Source: Azolla caroliniana
Taxonomy: Eukaryota; Plantae; Polypodiophyta
Reading direction: 5' to 3'
DNA: 64,000 nucleotides
Assembly: GCA_043228905.1 (NCBI GenBank)
Contig: JBHGNT010000006.1
Coordinates: 10,478,001-10,542,000 of the forward strand
Positions 12,601 to 25,148 of the stretch are shown piece after piece. Position numbers and translations under genes: made by a program. The notes beneath the pieces are model-generated. The model had not been told where the DNA came from. It saw only the letters and a list, made by a program, of their open reading frames with translations, and did not search any database. Position 1 is the first letter of the stretch, and each line of letters opens with the position of its first letter.

Positions 12601-14562
12601 TCTTCGTCCTCTAGCTATGAGTTGACCATTCTTTTTTATGAAACAACCCCCATTGTGGAAGTGGACTTGCATGCCTTGCTCCACGATTTGGCCGACCAAG
12701 ACGTTTTTCTTTGTTCTTGTGGGAACGTGCAAGACATTCTTAATGTAGTTGTTTTTTCGCTTGCTAAGAGGGATCTTGTCAATATGCTGAATGATGTGTG
12801 TGGTGTTGTCTCCCATTTTCACGTAGTCAGGTCGATCAGGTGTGTGCAAGTCACTGAAACCACTCTTTGTGGGACGTCATGTGATTTGTTGCGCCCTAAT
12901 CGACAAACCATACTTCTTCTTATGTAGATGTGTTGGCTGACTTGGATGTCGACATGGTGTTCGCCTTATGCCTCATGACGAAAAAACCTCCTTAGTCTTC
13001 GAATTTGGAGTTAGTAGCGTAGTTAGTGACTTCGCGACTTGTGGAAGGCGAATCACGTCTCTTTTTCCTGCACTCCTTTTCGGGGTGTCCATTCTTACCA
13101 CATTAATTGCAAGGAAAGGACCTGATTTGCCGACTATGTTTCGCATAAAAATTCCCGTTTCTTCTGAAGGTTCCTCGAGTATTTCCGTTTGCTTGCCAAA
13201 GGGTCGAGTTACTTTCGTGATGCCAACTGACTCGTCCTCCTCAGCCTTGGTCAAACCGACCTCTTCCGCCTCAACCACGTCCTCAACCATGTCCTCAACC
13301 ACCTTCTGAATTCAAGAAGAACATTTTCCCTTCCGATGTCTTGCTCTTTGTTCTCACATGGTTCTCCTGGACCAATAACATGGATTGAAGGTCAAAGAAT
13401 GAGGGAGGGTTCTTCCTCGCTAAGATTGTCGTCCTTATTGGATCGAACCATTGTGCAGAACCGTTGTGCAAGGCCACCCAAGCACACTTGCACCATCTCA
13501 TCCTCTTCGATGTTTATGTTGATGGAGTTGAGTCAGTCACAGATATTTTTTATTTTTCTCATGTAATTCGACACAGTCATGTCTTTTTGTCGGATGTTGT
13601 TCAACTCTTGTCGGAGTTGAAGCTTGCGAGTAGTCGTATTTGCCGCTAAGATTCGTTTCAAAATCTGCCACACTTCTTTAGGCGTCTACACATCACGAAT
13701 GTGACAAAGCATGTGATCGTGGACACATGTTGCCAAACAGTATATCACCCGGCTCGCCCCTTGCTCCCATGTTGGATAGTTGGCGTTTATGATGTCGGGT
13801 GGTTTGTTTTCGAGCGCGTCGTCGATATAGCTCCAATACCCTTGACCAACTAGGTATTGGTTCATCGTGTACTCCCAAGATAAGAAATTATTTTAGTCTA
13901 GCTTTTCGCTAAGAAGCGAGCTGCCCATTTGTGCATTCATGTTGGTGTCGTGTCTTCCTCTGGTTGTTCTTCCCTCGGTTATGTATTTGTGCTATGTAGT
14001 GGCACTACAATAGCGGATAGCCGGATTTGCCGTTGGAGTCTCGAACACACAATCACTACGAATCGGGTGGGCTTAGTGGATATGCTAAACCACACGCTTT
14101 GGTACCATTTTAATAATTAGAAGGTTAACTAATGGTTAATTAGTATCTAATTATGTGAATATTTGATCACATGTGTGATTAAGTTGCAGAAGATTATGTG
14201 ATATGTGTGTATATGTGTGTGAGAGGAAGTTAGACTTATCAATAGTAAATGGGGGATGATTAACGAGTGTAGCACAAAGAACTCTTACTTATATTCAAAA
14301 GACATCATCAAGTTACTAAAATACCCACAATGAGGTATATATACATCTCATGTGCAACGGTGCACCTGTGAGGAGAATATAAGTACAAGGGTGTAAGTTC
14401 TACATTAAATGAACTCAATAGTGGGGAATCTAGAGATCTCCTACTTAAATACTAGGAACTAAATCCTTTATAGTCAACATTCTAAATATATTCTATTTAT
14501 GTAACTACTAAGTTACATGGTTGACTAAACGACTAAACTTAGTTGAGCTTGATATGTCAACA
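9604..14562 (-). mobile_element. Ty1/Copia LTR retrotransposon (Copia-1), degenerate, both LTRs present
   Basis: LTRs at 14108-14562 (5') and 9604-10061 (3'); TSD TTAAG (9599-9603, 14563-14567); tRNA-iMet PBS TGGTACCAAAGC (14096-14107); PPT GAGGGGGCG (10062-10070). Order is gag, protease, GAG-pre (LWHKRIGH), integrase, RT (YVDN; LTITRPDLSY). Most of the RNase H is deleted near 10085. Confidence 0.93.
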
Positions 14563-17376
14563 TTAAGGAAAAAAGGAAACTATTTCATTTCATTACATAT
14601 GCTTGTCAATTAGATTTTTGATGCCCCTTTTAGCCAACACAAAGCATGGACAAAAGAAAAGCTTATGCCTCAACCTTCATGATCATGTACAAAGGTAGAT
14701 TTGTCAACATTGCTCCTCTTACCCCTTCTTCTTCACCTTCTTCGTGTTGAAACATCAAAATTTGATCCTTCCATGGAAGCATCAGAATCTGATCTCACAA
14801 TCTCTGATAAGTTGGAAGGGTTTCTTCGTCACCTTCGACCATAGTTGGAAGGGTTTCTAACAAAGTAAGTGTTACAATATTATTTGTACATCCAAATTTT
14901 TTGCATGATGCTTCAAAGTTTATATCATAATGAAGTCCACTTCATAGGTTTTGTTATGCGAAGGAGGTGTGAGAGCATGTTACACATCATTTACTTTAGA
15001 TTAAGCACATCATGACTACAATTTTAACGTTATTGTTAGTTACAATACCTCACAATATGTAAGTACAGGGTTCAAGACTTGGAACTTGACTTCGCAAGAA
15101 ATCTACATAAATATAACATATTTAATTTAGATTTGCGAGAAATTTTAGTGTAGATATAAAATAAAACCAAGTGTACAATTTGGAGCTGGTTCACACAGTG
15201 TGTCATCCATTGGCAATAGATAGCAAACCACAATTATCTCAAAGTTTTGGAAGGAATAGCTCAAGATATTGGTAATTTCCTAGAAGCTCTTTGCAAGTTA
15301 TCACCACAACAAGGTGATTGAATCAAAAGCTTTTATTTTGCAAATATTTCTTATAATAATTTGGTACATTCTTTTATTTGCCATGCTCCATTCTTCACAA
15401 AAACAAGTTTTCATCCCTTAGAGTTAACAATGATCCAAAAATCCAAATGTGTCAATGACTCCTTCCACTAAGGATAATCTTAGAGGTCAAGCCAAACTTT
15501 TACATCATTTGCATAACGTCTATGCAAATCATCATCCCCCCCTTCATTCCACACAAAGTCACATTAAAATATGAAGACTATCTTAGCGTAATATGAAGAC
15601 CACCAAGGCGTGTGACAAGTTAGATTAAAATAATCTTAATTCATTTGTGATGTCCTCCCTTATCGATGACAATATTGTGTTTCATTTTAATCTCCCTTCA
15701 CATCTACATCTCCATTCAATATTCTATGTCTCATCTTTGTAGCTTAGCACTTTTTATTCCATTGTAGATCAACTTGCTCATCCTCCACCTCTAGTTAAAT
15801 TCTTGGTGTTCTAGTGTACAAGGTTGAAGTTGTTTAATTTAGACTTCAAGATCATGTATAAGAAGTTATATTACATAGTGGATTGGTTAGGTGAACTTAT
15901 GGTAAATTTTCTATTTCTCAATACATGTCGCAAAGTCTCTTTTATGTAAATAGAAATGAATTAGATTTGTAGAATGGATGTTGCGCGACAAGAAATACTC
16001 TCGACTAATCGTTACCATCATCCCCTTATAGCTTTTTTTTATGAAACAAGATTTTGAACTAATATATAGATACGATAATAAACCTCTTTCTTCTAATATT
16101 ATAGAATTACTCTAGTCAACATGTTATCATTCTATTCATGATAATCATTATATAGTATTCCACGTAATTATTGCAAAATTTCACATGCTACCCAAGTGGT
16201 GACAATGCAAACCATTTTGGTTTAACGTTAACATTTCATTGAAGCTCTTGAAACCGCTCCTATTCTTCTTATATATACATGAAGATTCGTTCCAAGTTTA
16301 GTATTGTTGTTAGTTTCAGCCTTGAGATTACCAATAAGAGTCTACTCTTATTTATCATTCTATCAATTTTGAGAAACCCACATTGAACAAACCCTAGATT
16401 CTCAAATTAAACTCCCTTCCTTACATGCTTTGGATAAGGGTGAGACCTACATCTAAAGTAATCTCTCTTTTAATGAAACTTAACCAAGTCCAAATCTTTA
16501 CAAAATACACCCTTCATGTGGACAATTCAATGATCAAAAGGTATCATCACAATGACGAGATTTATTCTTCCAACTAGGGGAGAAAAGGTGAAGTGGACTT
16601 GACCAAACGCTCAATATGCGACCACTTGGAGAAATTCAAGTTTAAAGATAGCGGCTTAGTCCTTGATGCCCTCATAACCATACCAAAAGCCCCTTATCAA
16701 ACCTGAGAATGGCGATAGTATACTGGATATAATCTCTACCCCAAATGTCAAAACATGGACATATTTCATTGATAAAATATGAGTCCTATCAATATTTATA
16801 CTTATGCAATGTCTTGGACGTACTATTTTCTTTAGAGACAATTTGAATACTAAATAAGATCAAAGTTGACATAATTTGAGTCAATTGAAATCAAACAGAA
16901 AATTTAATTTGGTACCATAATTATTCCTATAGGGACATATTTGTTACCATAATAAATTGGACATCATTAGGACAAGTTTGGGCTCAAATTTGTGTTCTTA
17001 ATGTTAGACATCCCATGGCATCAATAGACTTTCGTAAGAGGGGGTCGATAAAGGCTTTTCAATGGATGCTACCAAATTAGAGAGGCGTACCATTTTTCTC
17101 TAAGAACTTAATAAGTAGATTGTATCAAAACAATAGGGTATAGGACTTTCGTTTGAGAAATGACTCTACATTAATTACTAGTAAAAGAAAACCATATAAC
17201 TTTTTGTCTAAATACTTTATTGATATCATATTTGTGCAATGGTTGTACATGTTGGAAACAAAGTTTGTCGATCATCCAAACATTCACCATCTTCTGTCAT
17301 AGAGTCAAATGTACGAGAGAGACAATAATCCTGTATGATGAGATCCCAACACTCTTTATTTTTTGAAAGTCTTTTT

Positions 17377-19043
17377 TTAACTCTTTAACATTTCATGACA
17401 TGTCTTTTTCAAGTCTTGTACCAAGGACTCAAGATAGCACCGAGAAGATCCACTGTCTTGCACAGATTGCGAGACGACTTCCTTGAGACCAAGGGTTCTC
17501 TTTTTAATCTCCCTTCCAATGTCCCCCTGCATTAATTCACGGACCGCCCTTTGTATATCAACAGCTTTCACTAAACTATCGTACTCCATCACGAGGTCCA
17601 AGCCAACTCTCCACTCATCGACCAATATCCTAGCGTTCAGTCTTTGCTCCGCGATCTGTGGCCAACAAAGCATAGGAACACATGCGGTCGAGAGGTTCTC
17701 GGTTATCGAGTTCCATCCGCAATGAGTGAGGAAACCGCCGATGGACGGGTGAGACAAGACATGGAGCTGAGGGGCCCATGAGATGATAAGGCCGCGTCCT
17801 TTGGTTCTCTCCACGAAGTCTTCTGGGAGCACTCTTGACCACGGGTGCTGCCCATGGGATTGGACAACCGAATTGGATCGGACAACCCATAGGAACGGCT
17901 GCTCACTCGCGTCCAGACCATGGGCCAGCTCTTTCACTTGTTGGGTACTGAAGTTTGCCAAGCTTCCGAAAGATACAAAGATAACTGAAGAAGGGAGGGC
18001 AGTGTCAAGCCATGCAAGGCACTCTCTGTCTTCTGTCCAGAAATCAATGGTGGTGTCTCTGGCTCTAGTGGTCAGTGGAGACATGAGCAACATAGGGCCA
18101 ATGGGATAGACCGGGACCTTCTGGCTTACGGCATCCACACACTTCTGCTTGAGCTCGTATACCGTGTTCACGATTACTCCGGCCGCTCTCGACATATTCT
18201 TCTTCAAATCCAGTGCCAAGGAGGGGTACATCCGAACGGATTCGGGGAGATCGGCTGCTCGGAGAGGGAGAATGCCAGGAAGGAAATCCACTATCTGTTG
18301 TGGGTCTAATCAATGAAAAAAAATTAGTAAACAAAAGGTGAGGAAACCTAAGTTGATGTGTAGGACTTGATGTTTGGGACCCTAAACCCTAAATACCTAG
18401 CCAAATCCTACGGATTCCGATCCTAGGTAATATATATAATTGCAATTTGAATGGATTTCCAAAAGAAGAATTGAAACTTTATACCGGACATTGGCGAGGC
18501 GCCATTGGCAATGAGTTCATCGATGTGAGAAATGGCGGACAAAGTATGGGAGTTACTGGTAAACATGGAGAAGACTGGGATATGGAATTGAAGGGCAACC
18601 TCAGTGACCCATGAGACGAAGAAATCAGCGATGATACACGTGACGCTGCCACCAAGACTCGAAGAAGAAGAACGGAGGAGAGCTTCGAAGCCGGGACGCA
18701 TGCTTCGCATGACCTCAAAGTGTGGGTAGAGGGAGGAGCTATCACCAAATGGCTTTTGGCCTGCTTCCTCCAAGGACATGCTCGGGATCGAGACATATTG
18801 AATAGCTCGCGGCCGCACCAATGGCTTGTCAACTTCTTCTTCTTCTTCTTCATGTTTCTCTTGAATCTGGGGACCTGATGGATTGGGGCCAAAGCTAGGT
18901 ATAGGGTTACAGAGTGTGGCTGCAAGCTGTTCAGTTACCACGAAGGTGAAGGTGAAGCCATGAGGAATGAGAAGATTAGCCATGGTGACACAAGGATTGA
19001 TGTGGCCTAATGCAGGGACGGTTAACAACACAATGTTGGGCAT
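17377..19043 (-). CDS. Family-1 UDP-glycosyltransferase (UGT85-like), exons 19043-18485 and 18305-17377, 495 aa
   Basis: N-terminal VPALGHINP with the catalytic His; VTCIIADFF; VSFGS; PSPG box WAPQLHVLSHPSIGGFLTHCGWNS...WPQIAEQ. A phase-1 GT-AG intron (18484-18306) joins the frames (559+929 = 1488 nt). Confidence 0.92.
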
Positions 19044-19177
19044 GATTGCAATACCTCTCCCCCCCCCCCTTCTCTCTCTGTGATAGGATGGGAGTATGGA
19101 AATCAAAATGCTATAATTTGTAGCATTCTGCACACAATCTGCACATATATCTATATGCATATAATTCCTGATTGGTA

Positions 19178-20200
19178 GTGCAAGGCTCAAGCTTACTCAT
19201 CATCACCCCACGATTTGGAACGTGTAGATCTATTTCTGTATTTAGGGTCCAGGGACTGTGTCATCGTCAAAGAGAGAATCTCAGGTCCCCTTGGAACTCT
19301 CAAATTTTTATATTATTGTATGTGAACTCATCCATTTATGAAACATAAGAGCAAAAATGTAAGTAAATTCTTGTCATGTTCAAGCCAGCCTAGTGAAGTT
19401 GGTCCGTCTCACATAAGGTTTTTAATGTGGTTTGGCTTAACATCTTCATCCATGTGTAGATCTAGGAGTGACATAACAAACATTGTATATGAGAGACATA
19501 ATGTTGAGACTTTTCTATGGATATGTATTCGAGGATAATAATAACCAAATGAATTCATGCATTATTGGGAAACATATCATGTAGAATGTTGATCTGTCAC
19601 ATTAATGTGGAAGCACATTTCGTTTTCACAAACCTAGATCAGTCAAGAGAGTGCAAGGCTAGTACAATTGTGGTCCTCGGTTTCATCCCCACTATCACCC
19701 CACAATTAGCGACGTGTTGATTGATCTATTTCTGTATATATGAATCGAGCCACTTGAAAGAGAGAATCTCACCTTCCCTAGGAACACTAGTCATTCTATA
19801 CTTATTATTTCATAGAGCGATGAAGGATATTATTGATAACTTTCTAGTCTTATGCTCGAGCATCATGGTTGTCATCATCATTTAATGTGAATTTGTATCA
19901 AGTTGAAAAACAAAAAACAAAAAGCTATAGATTGATTGAGAATGAAGGATGCATGAGTCATGAAAGAATTTACATTGTATGTGAACTCATCTATTTATGA
20001 GATATAGAGGACAATGTAACTACTCATGCAAAGCCAACCTCGTTGAGTTGGTCGAACATAAGCTTTTTAATACATCTTCAAGTTTTATTGTTAGTTTTAA
20101 CATCATCATCCATATCTCGATTTAGATATGATACAACATTGGATAAGAAAGAGACAATGCCAAATTTATGTTAAGGAAATGTATTTCGAGGATACTAATC
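19178..20200. repeat. Degenerate direct duplication of the UGT upstream region
   Basis: Blocks GTGCAAGGCT, ATCACCCCAC, GATCTATTTCTGTAT, AAAGAGAGAATCTCA and ATTGTATGTGAACTCATC recur in the same order at ~19178-19560 and ~19651-20200. Confidence 0.65.
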
Positions 20201-20656
20201 AATAATGAATGTGACATTGTGAAGTACGCACATGCATGTGCAATGTAAGCAAGACCACTAGGGACTTGAACTAGGGAAGACAATGTCCTAATTGAAGAAT
20301 AACAAGTATTAGTTTCTCAATTGGTTGTGTGGAGTGCTTGTAGTTTCCCTTTCTAAGTAATGTAGGATGCGCTTCAACCAGTATCCCCGAGGATGTTGGT
20401 TTATGTATTTATTTATGCCTATGTATGGGTATGGTGCCCTTCCGCAAACTTGCATGTAGGAGAATATATGTTGGTATATTGTTGTATATATATGTGCCTA
20501 TACATGTTTGGGTGTGTGTATATTTGTTTATAAGTGTATTTGTGTATATGGGTATGGTAAGTATAAATTTAGGTCTATGTGCTTGTGAATGATTGTGTAT
20601 TTATGTAAAGGTATGAAGATGTGTATAAGTTGTATTTTTGTGTGCATGTATAATAT

Positions 20657-21777
20657 TGTGAAATGCACATAAGAGATCAAAACCAGTCTACTTAGCTTCT
20701 TACTTCTTAATCAATTTATAGTTGATACAACGGAACCCATTTGGGTTGGCTTGGCTAAAAAGGGTGTGCTAAAAGGGTGGGTCATTTTGGGCACATGCAT
20801 CCTAAAAAGGGTGAGCTAAAAGGGTGGCACAAAGGAACACATGCACACCACATTTCCCCCCTGCGAGAAACAAGAGATTGAGGGGCATGAGTGACCATGT
20901 GTGGTCCTTGCCGGGAACTGGAACGGTCCTCGCTAGGAGTTGGAACACGAAAACCAACGGGCATGAGCAACCATGTTGTCCTCATCGAGAATTGGCACAC
21001 CAACGAGTGAGTGACCATGTGGCCCTCACCGGGAACTGGAACATGAACAACAACGGGCATGAGCGACCATGTCGGTCCTCACCGGGATCTGGAACACGAA
21101 CAATAGTTGGAGTGAGCGGCCATGTGCGGTCCTCACCGGAGACTAGAACACAAATGGGAGTGAGCGACCATGCGGCCCTCACTGGGAACAGGAACACGAA
21201 CGGGAGTGAGCGGCCATGTGCGGCCCTCATCAAGAACTCGAACACGAACGAGTGTGAGCGACCATGCCGGTCCTCACTGGGATCTGGAACACGAACAATA
21301 GTTGGAGTGAGCGGCCGGCCATGTGCAGCCCTCATCGAGAACTCGAACACGAACGGGCGTGAGCGACCATGCGGCCCTCACCAGGAACTAGAACACGAAC
21401 ACGAACACGAAAGAAACTAAAATATAGAGACAATGAAGCGATGTTGAAGATAAAGCGGTGGATATCGGGAGGCCTAACTAGTGAACTAAGGCGGTGCTAA
21501 TAGAAGAGACACTACTACAAGAGACTAACAAGAGTGTCGGTGATGGTGGTGAGGGCGATGCTACCTACGAAGCGGAAGAGGCGGATGCTTGGATGTGGGG
21601 AACTGGTACCCCGTCATCTCCACCAATATGTGAAATGCACATAAGAGATCAAAACCAGTCTACTTAACTTCTTACTTCTTAATCAATTTATAGTTGATAC
21701 AACAAAACCCATTTGGGTTGGCTTGGCTAAAAAGGGTGAGCTAAAAAGGTGGCACAAAGGAACACATGCACACCACA
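20657..21777 (-). mobile_element. Non-autonomous TRIM-like LTR element (1121 bp)
   Basis: Short LTRs TGTGAAATG...CACCACA at 20657-20852 and 21629-21777; 4-bp TSD ATAT; PBS TGGTGGAGATGACGGGGTA (21607-21625) matching the tRNA-Ala 3' end; PPT at 20853-20862; no TE protein motifs. Confidence 0.85.
20882..21412. repeat. ~48-54-bp minisatellite (~10 copies) inside the TRIM-like element
   Basis: Unit approximately GAGCGACCATGTGCGGCCCTCACCGGGAACTGGAACACGAAC(AAC)GG. Confidence 0.85.
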
Positions 21778-22984
21778 ATATATATGTCTCAAGATTTATG
21801 TAAATGAGTAAGTATAAAGTATATGTGTGAATTTATATGTGTATATACATGTTTGAATGTGTGAGTATGTCTAAGCATAGGCGTATACGTATTTAAGTGT
21901 TTGTATTTGTATATATATGGGTATGGGTTTATGTATGTATATATATGAGTATAGGTTTATGTGTGTATATTTAGGGTATGAGGAAGTATATGGATGGATG
22001 TGTAAGTTTATATGTGCTAATGTGTGAAAAGGTAAGTGTGTTTTTTGTGTATGGATATGTAACCTTTGTATATGTAATGTTTATTTAAGTGTATGTGTAA
22101 CATACGTCTCAAGAGGAAGGTAAAGGATAAAAATTCCAAGTTAGTATATATGTTTGTGTCAAAAGACTGAGGTCAAGTAAAGGAGTTAGACTCAAGGCCC
22201 AAACCTTGAGTCTAGGGTTGAAAATTTGAGTGGTTTGTTGGCAACTCAAGGGTTAGGAACCCACCCAAGCTTTGAAATGTTGGTTAATAACACAAGTTGA
22301 GGGTTGGGCCCAACGATAAGGAGGTTGCCCAAACCTTGAGTCAAGGTTTAGGATCCCTCAATGGATCCGTGCTATCAAGTGCAAGCACAAACACTTGAGG
22401 ATTGGGAGCTCAATGCTCCTCCTTGAGGTTCAGGATCGGGGCCAAGTTGATAGTAGAGGGTTGATGCTCCAAGGCCTTCGAGGGGCAACGAATCTAGGTT
22501 TGGGAGAAACTTCCTCGATGTTTGCTTTGTCAAAGGTTGTGATCGAATTGAGGGTTGGGTTGACATGTTCTTGCATGGCAAAAGGCTAGGCTCATGCACT
22601 CCACCCCTTTGAAGGCTTAGTTTTAGTGGTCTTCACACATTCATGCATTCAACACATGACTCAAGTGCTTAGACTGTCTGTGTTGAACTAACTACCCATT
22701 CAGATATTAGGGGTCTTCTTCATGTCCTTCTTTGGTAGGTGTTGTGACCGAGTTAGTTGTTGGGTAAGTATATTTATGTTTTTAGTGCACAAAACATATA
22801 CTCTATTCCCATGTTTCAAGTGATTTTTGTTTTAAATGTCCTCTTCGCCATTGAAAGCATGAATCTTGCCTAGTTAGTTGGAGACTGGGTTCCTCAAGAC
22901 TTAAGGTGAAGGGTTCCACTCTTGTTGTTCAAAAGTTCCGCTCGCCCTTAACTTTTTCTGAAAACTTCTTCAATTGATGCCCGA

Positions 22985-23720
22985 AAATTCTGTCGTGACT
23001 CTCTCCACGTTCAAGAACTTTGCTTATGAATGTCACAATTGGGAGTGCACACTATGATTTAAGAGAAATTGATCAAAGATGTGTGGAAAGCATTGTTGAA
23101 TGTGATCAAAGGCAAAGCATTGTATTAAATTGGGATCTACTCATAATCGCCAACTTGTTTAAGGCAAAGTTTGCATACTCAACTACTCTCGTTACTTGGG
23201 CCCCAAACCCATCTCTCATCGTAGTGAGCATGCACTAAGTCCTATGGAAGCAATGGTTTCAATGGCAAAGAACGAGATGGGCTTTGACACGTATTGATGT
23301 ACTTCATGGTTTCCTTATTCGGCAAAGAATATGGTTTTGTACTTAGATGCAAAATATATAGTATAATGTGTGAAGTTCCTTATTTAGCGAAGAACATGGT
23401 TTTTCTTTTAAACGATTTTCTTCAATAGTACTAAGAAAAAACACCCGAAGCCTACAACTTGAACTTGTCTGCCCGAGAAACTTACAACTTTTTATGTACA
23501 ATAATTTAGAGTAATCCTAAGACCAAAGATAGGACTTTGTAGAAAGTGTTGGAATTCTTTGATGTATGCCACCAGGATGTACTTATATTCAAGCATATGG
23601 TTTTGTACCATGATGAAGAATATGGTTTTGTCGTTAGATGTAACATATATATTATAAAGTGATGCATCCCATCTTCCAAATTAACCATTTCCCATATAAC
23701 ACGTTCGCGTTCACAAGTGG
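22985..23720 (-). mobile_element. 3'-end fragment of the LINE family seen at 41058-49872
   Basis: CTAAGTCCTATGGAAGCAATGGTTTCAATGGCA and GAATATGGTTTTGT match 41397-41500, with local sub-duplications. Confidence 0.7.
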
Positions 23721-25148
23721 AAGGATAAGGAATATTCTGTTTGATTTTGGGGGTTTTTTTGCCATTTCACAAAACACCTTGACACTGGTATCACATGTTC
23801 TCTAAAACTTGCTGAAAAAGTTGAAAATTTCACCATTTGGTAAATTTGTGTATTTTTAAAGAAAAATGACAACTAATAAGTTTTTAGATCTTAAAGAAAT
23901 CAAAAGTAGAGGATTTCAAAACAATGAACATTTTTATTTCATTCGATAAAATGTTGTCTAAATTTGTTACACATAGTTGCACAACAAATACATTTGGGAG
24001 TTATTTGCATAAATATCATCATTTGTTCCATGAGAATCACTACTATAGATAATATACAATTGTGACTCTTCCTCCTCATTTTCAAATGTACCAATCAAAT
24101 CATTGTCTTCACCAAATGGTGTCTCCAAATTGTGTGCAGTAAATCTTCTTCGTCTTCAATCTAAGATATCTTCTAGACTTGGTAATATCTCTTTTATTAT
24201 GTATATCGTTGTTGTCCTTGAACATCCAACTTTTGTCAATGTAAAGTCATAAACAATGATATCCACCTAACTAATCTCAATGATAGATGTATTGCAAAGG
24301 TTTAATGCATCATCACGTCCAAAACTTTACCAATGCAGAATTGGTACCCTACCTCATGGCCATCTACATGTGTAGTTATTAATATCCCCACCTTGAGTTC
24401 TTGCAAGTTTCTTTGTCACCTAAGTTATGCTCATGTTGTCATCCTTTGTTCCACATAAATGTTTCTCTATTGTAGATGAACCAAACTATAAAGATCAACA
24501 TTAAGTGCTTGAAGTGGTCATTAAAAACCACAAGAATACTTTATAGATCATGTAAATGACATTTGCAAGGTTCAATTACCATCAACATAGTTATTAATGG
24601 TTTTTTGTTAATCAATGATGCACATGTTCACCATTGTCATGATATGGCAAGACTCGAACCCATGACCTTAGGTTATATGGGTCAAGCTCTTGACCATTAG
24701 ATCATCTATTGTAATACGTAGAATATTATTTTCATTTACATTTTATTATAGGAAATTAGTGTATATTCTAGATTTCTCTGGAACATTCTAGAAGCTTCAA
24801 GATTACTCCTGAAAACACTATAAAAGAGGGCACTAGGCATTATGTTGAACCAAATTGGTTCAACGCCAGTCTTAAGCCTTTTAGCCACCATTGTATATTC
24901 TCTTCATATAATACATATCTTTCTTATCATCACTCTCTCTCTCTCTCTCTCAATCTCTCTCTTTCTCTCTGTCTCGCTCACTTCGTCCTTCTCTCGAAGA
25001 AGTTCCACACCTCTAATAGTACTAATCCTTCGTTTAGTACTAATTCCTTCTCTGTCTCAGTACTGTTCATGATAGTTTGAACCAATTTTCCCTACCTTCT
25101 GTCTCTCTCATTTCCTACTAATCTTTTATTCCTCTTTTCTTTCATCCC

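Noticed and set aside
14600-17300. Possible gene or element in the AT-rich interval
   Set aside because: No credible ORF, termini or internal homology could be established by eye; probably old TE debris.
20824-21420. 198-aa repetitive ORF
   Set aside because: It is a by-product of the TRIM minisatellite, with no domain or splice context.
21607-21625. tRNA/tmRNA 3' end acting as a phage att site
   Set aside because: Its position next to an LTR identifies it as a primer-binding site; there is no integrase or phage context.
22130-22720. Region with recurring TTGAGGGTTGGG/CCCAAACCTTGAG motifs, resembling telomeric repeats
   Set aside because: The motifs are dispersed and degenerate, not tandem TTTAGGG, and the boundaries could not be defined.
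24635-24712. Functional tRNA gene
   Set aside because: The acceptor, anticodon and T stems do not pair properly; only the promoter boxes and their spacing are tRNA-like.
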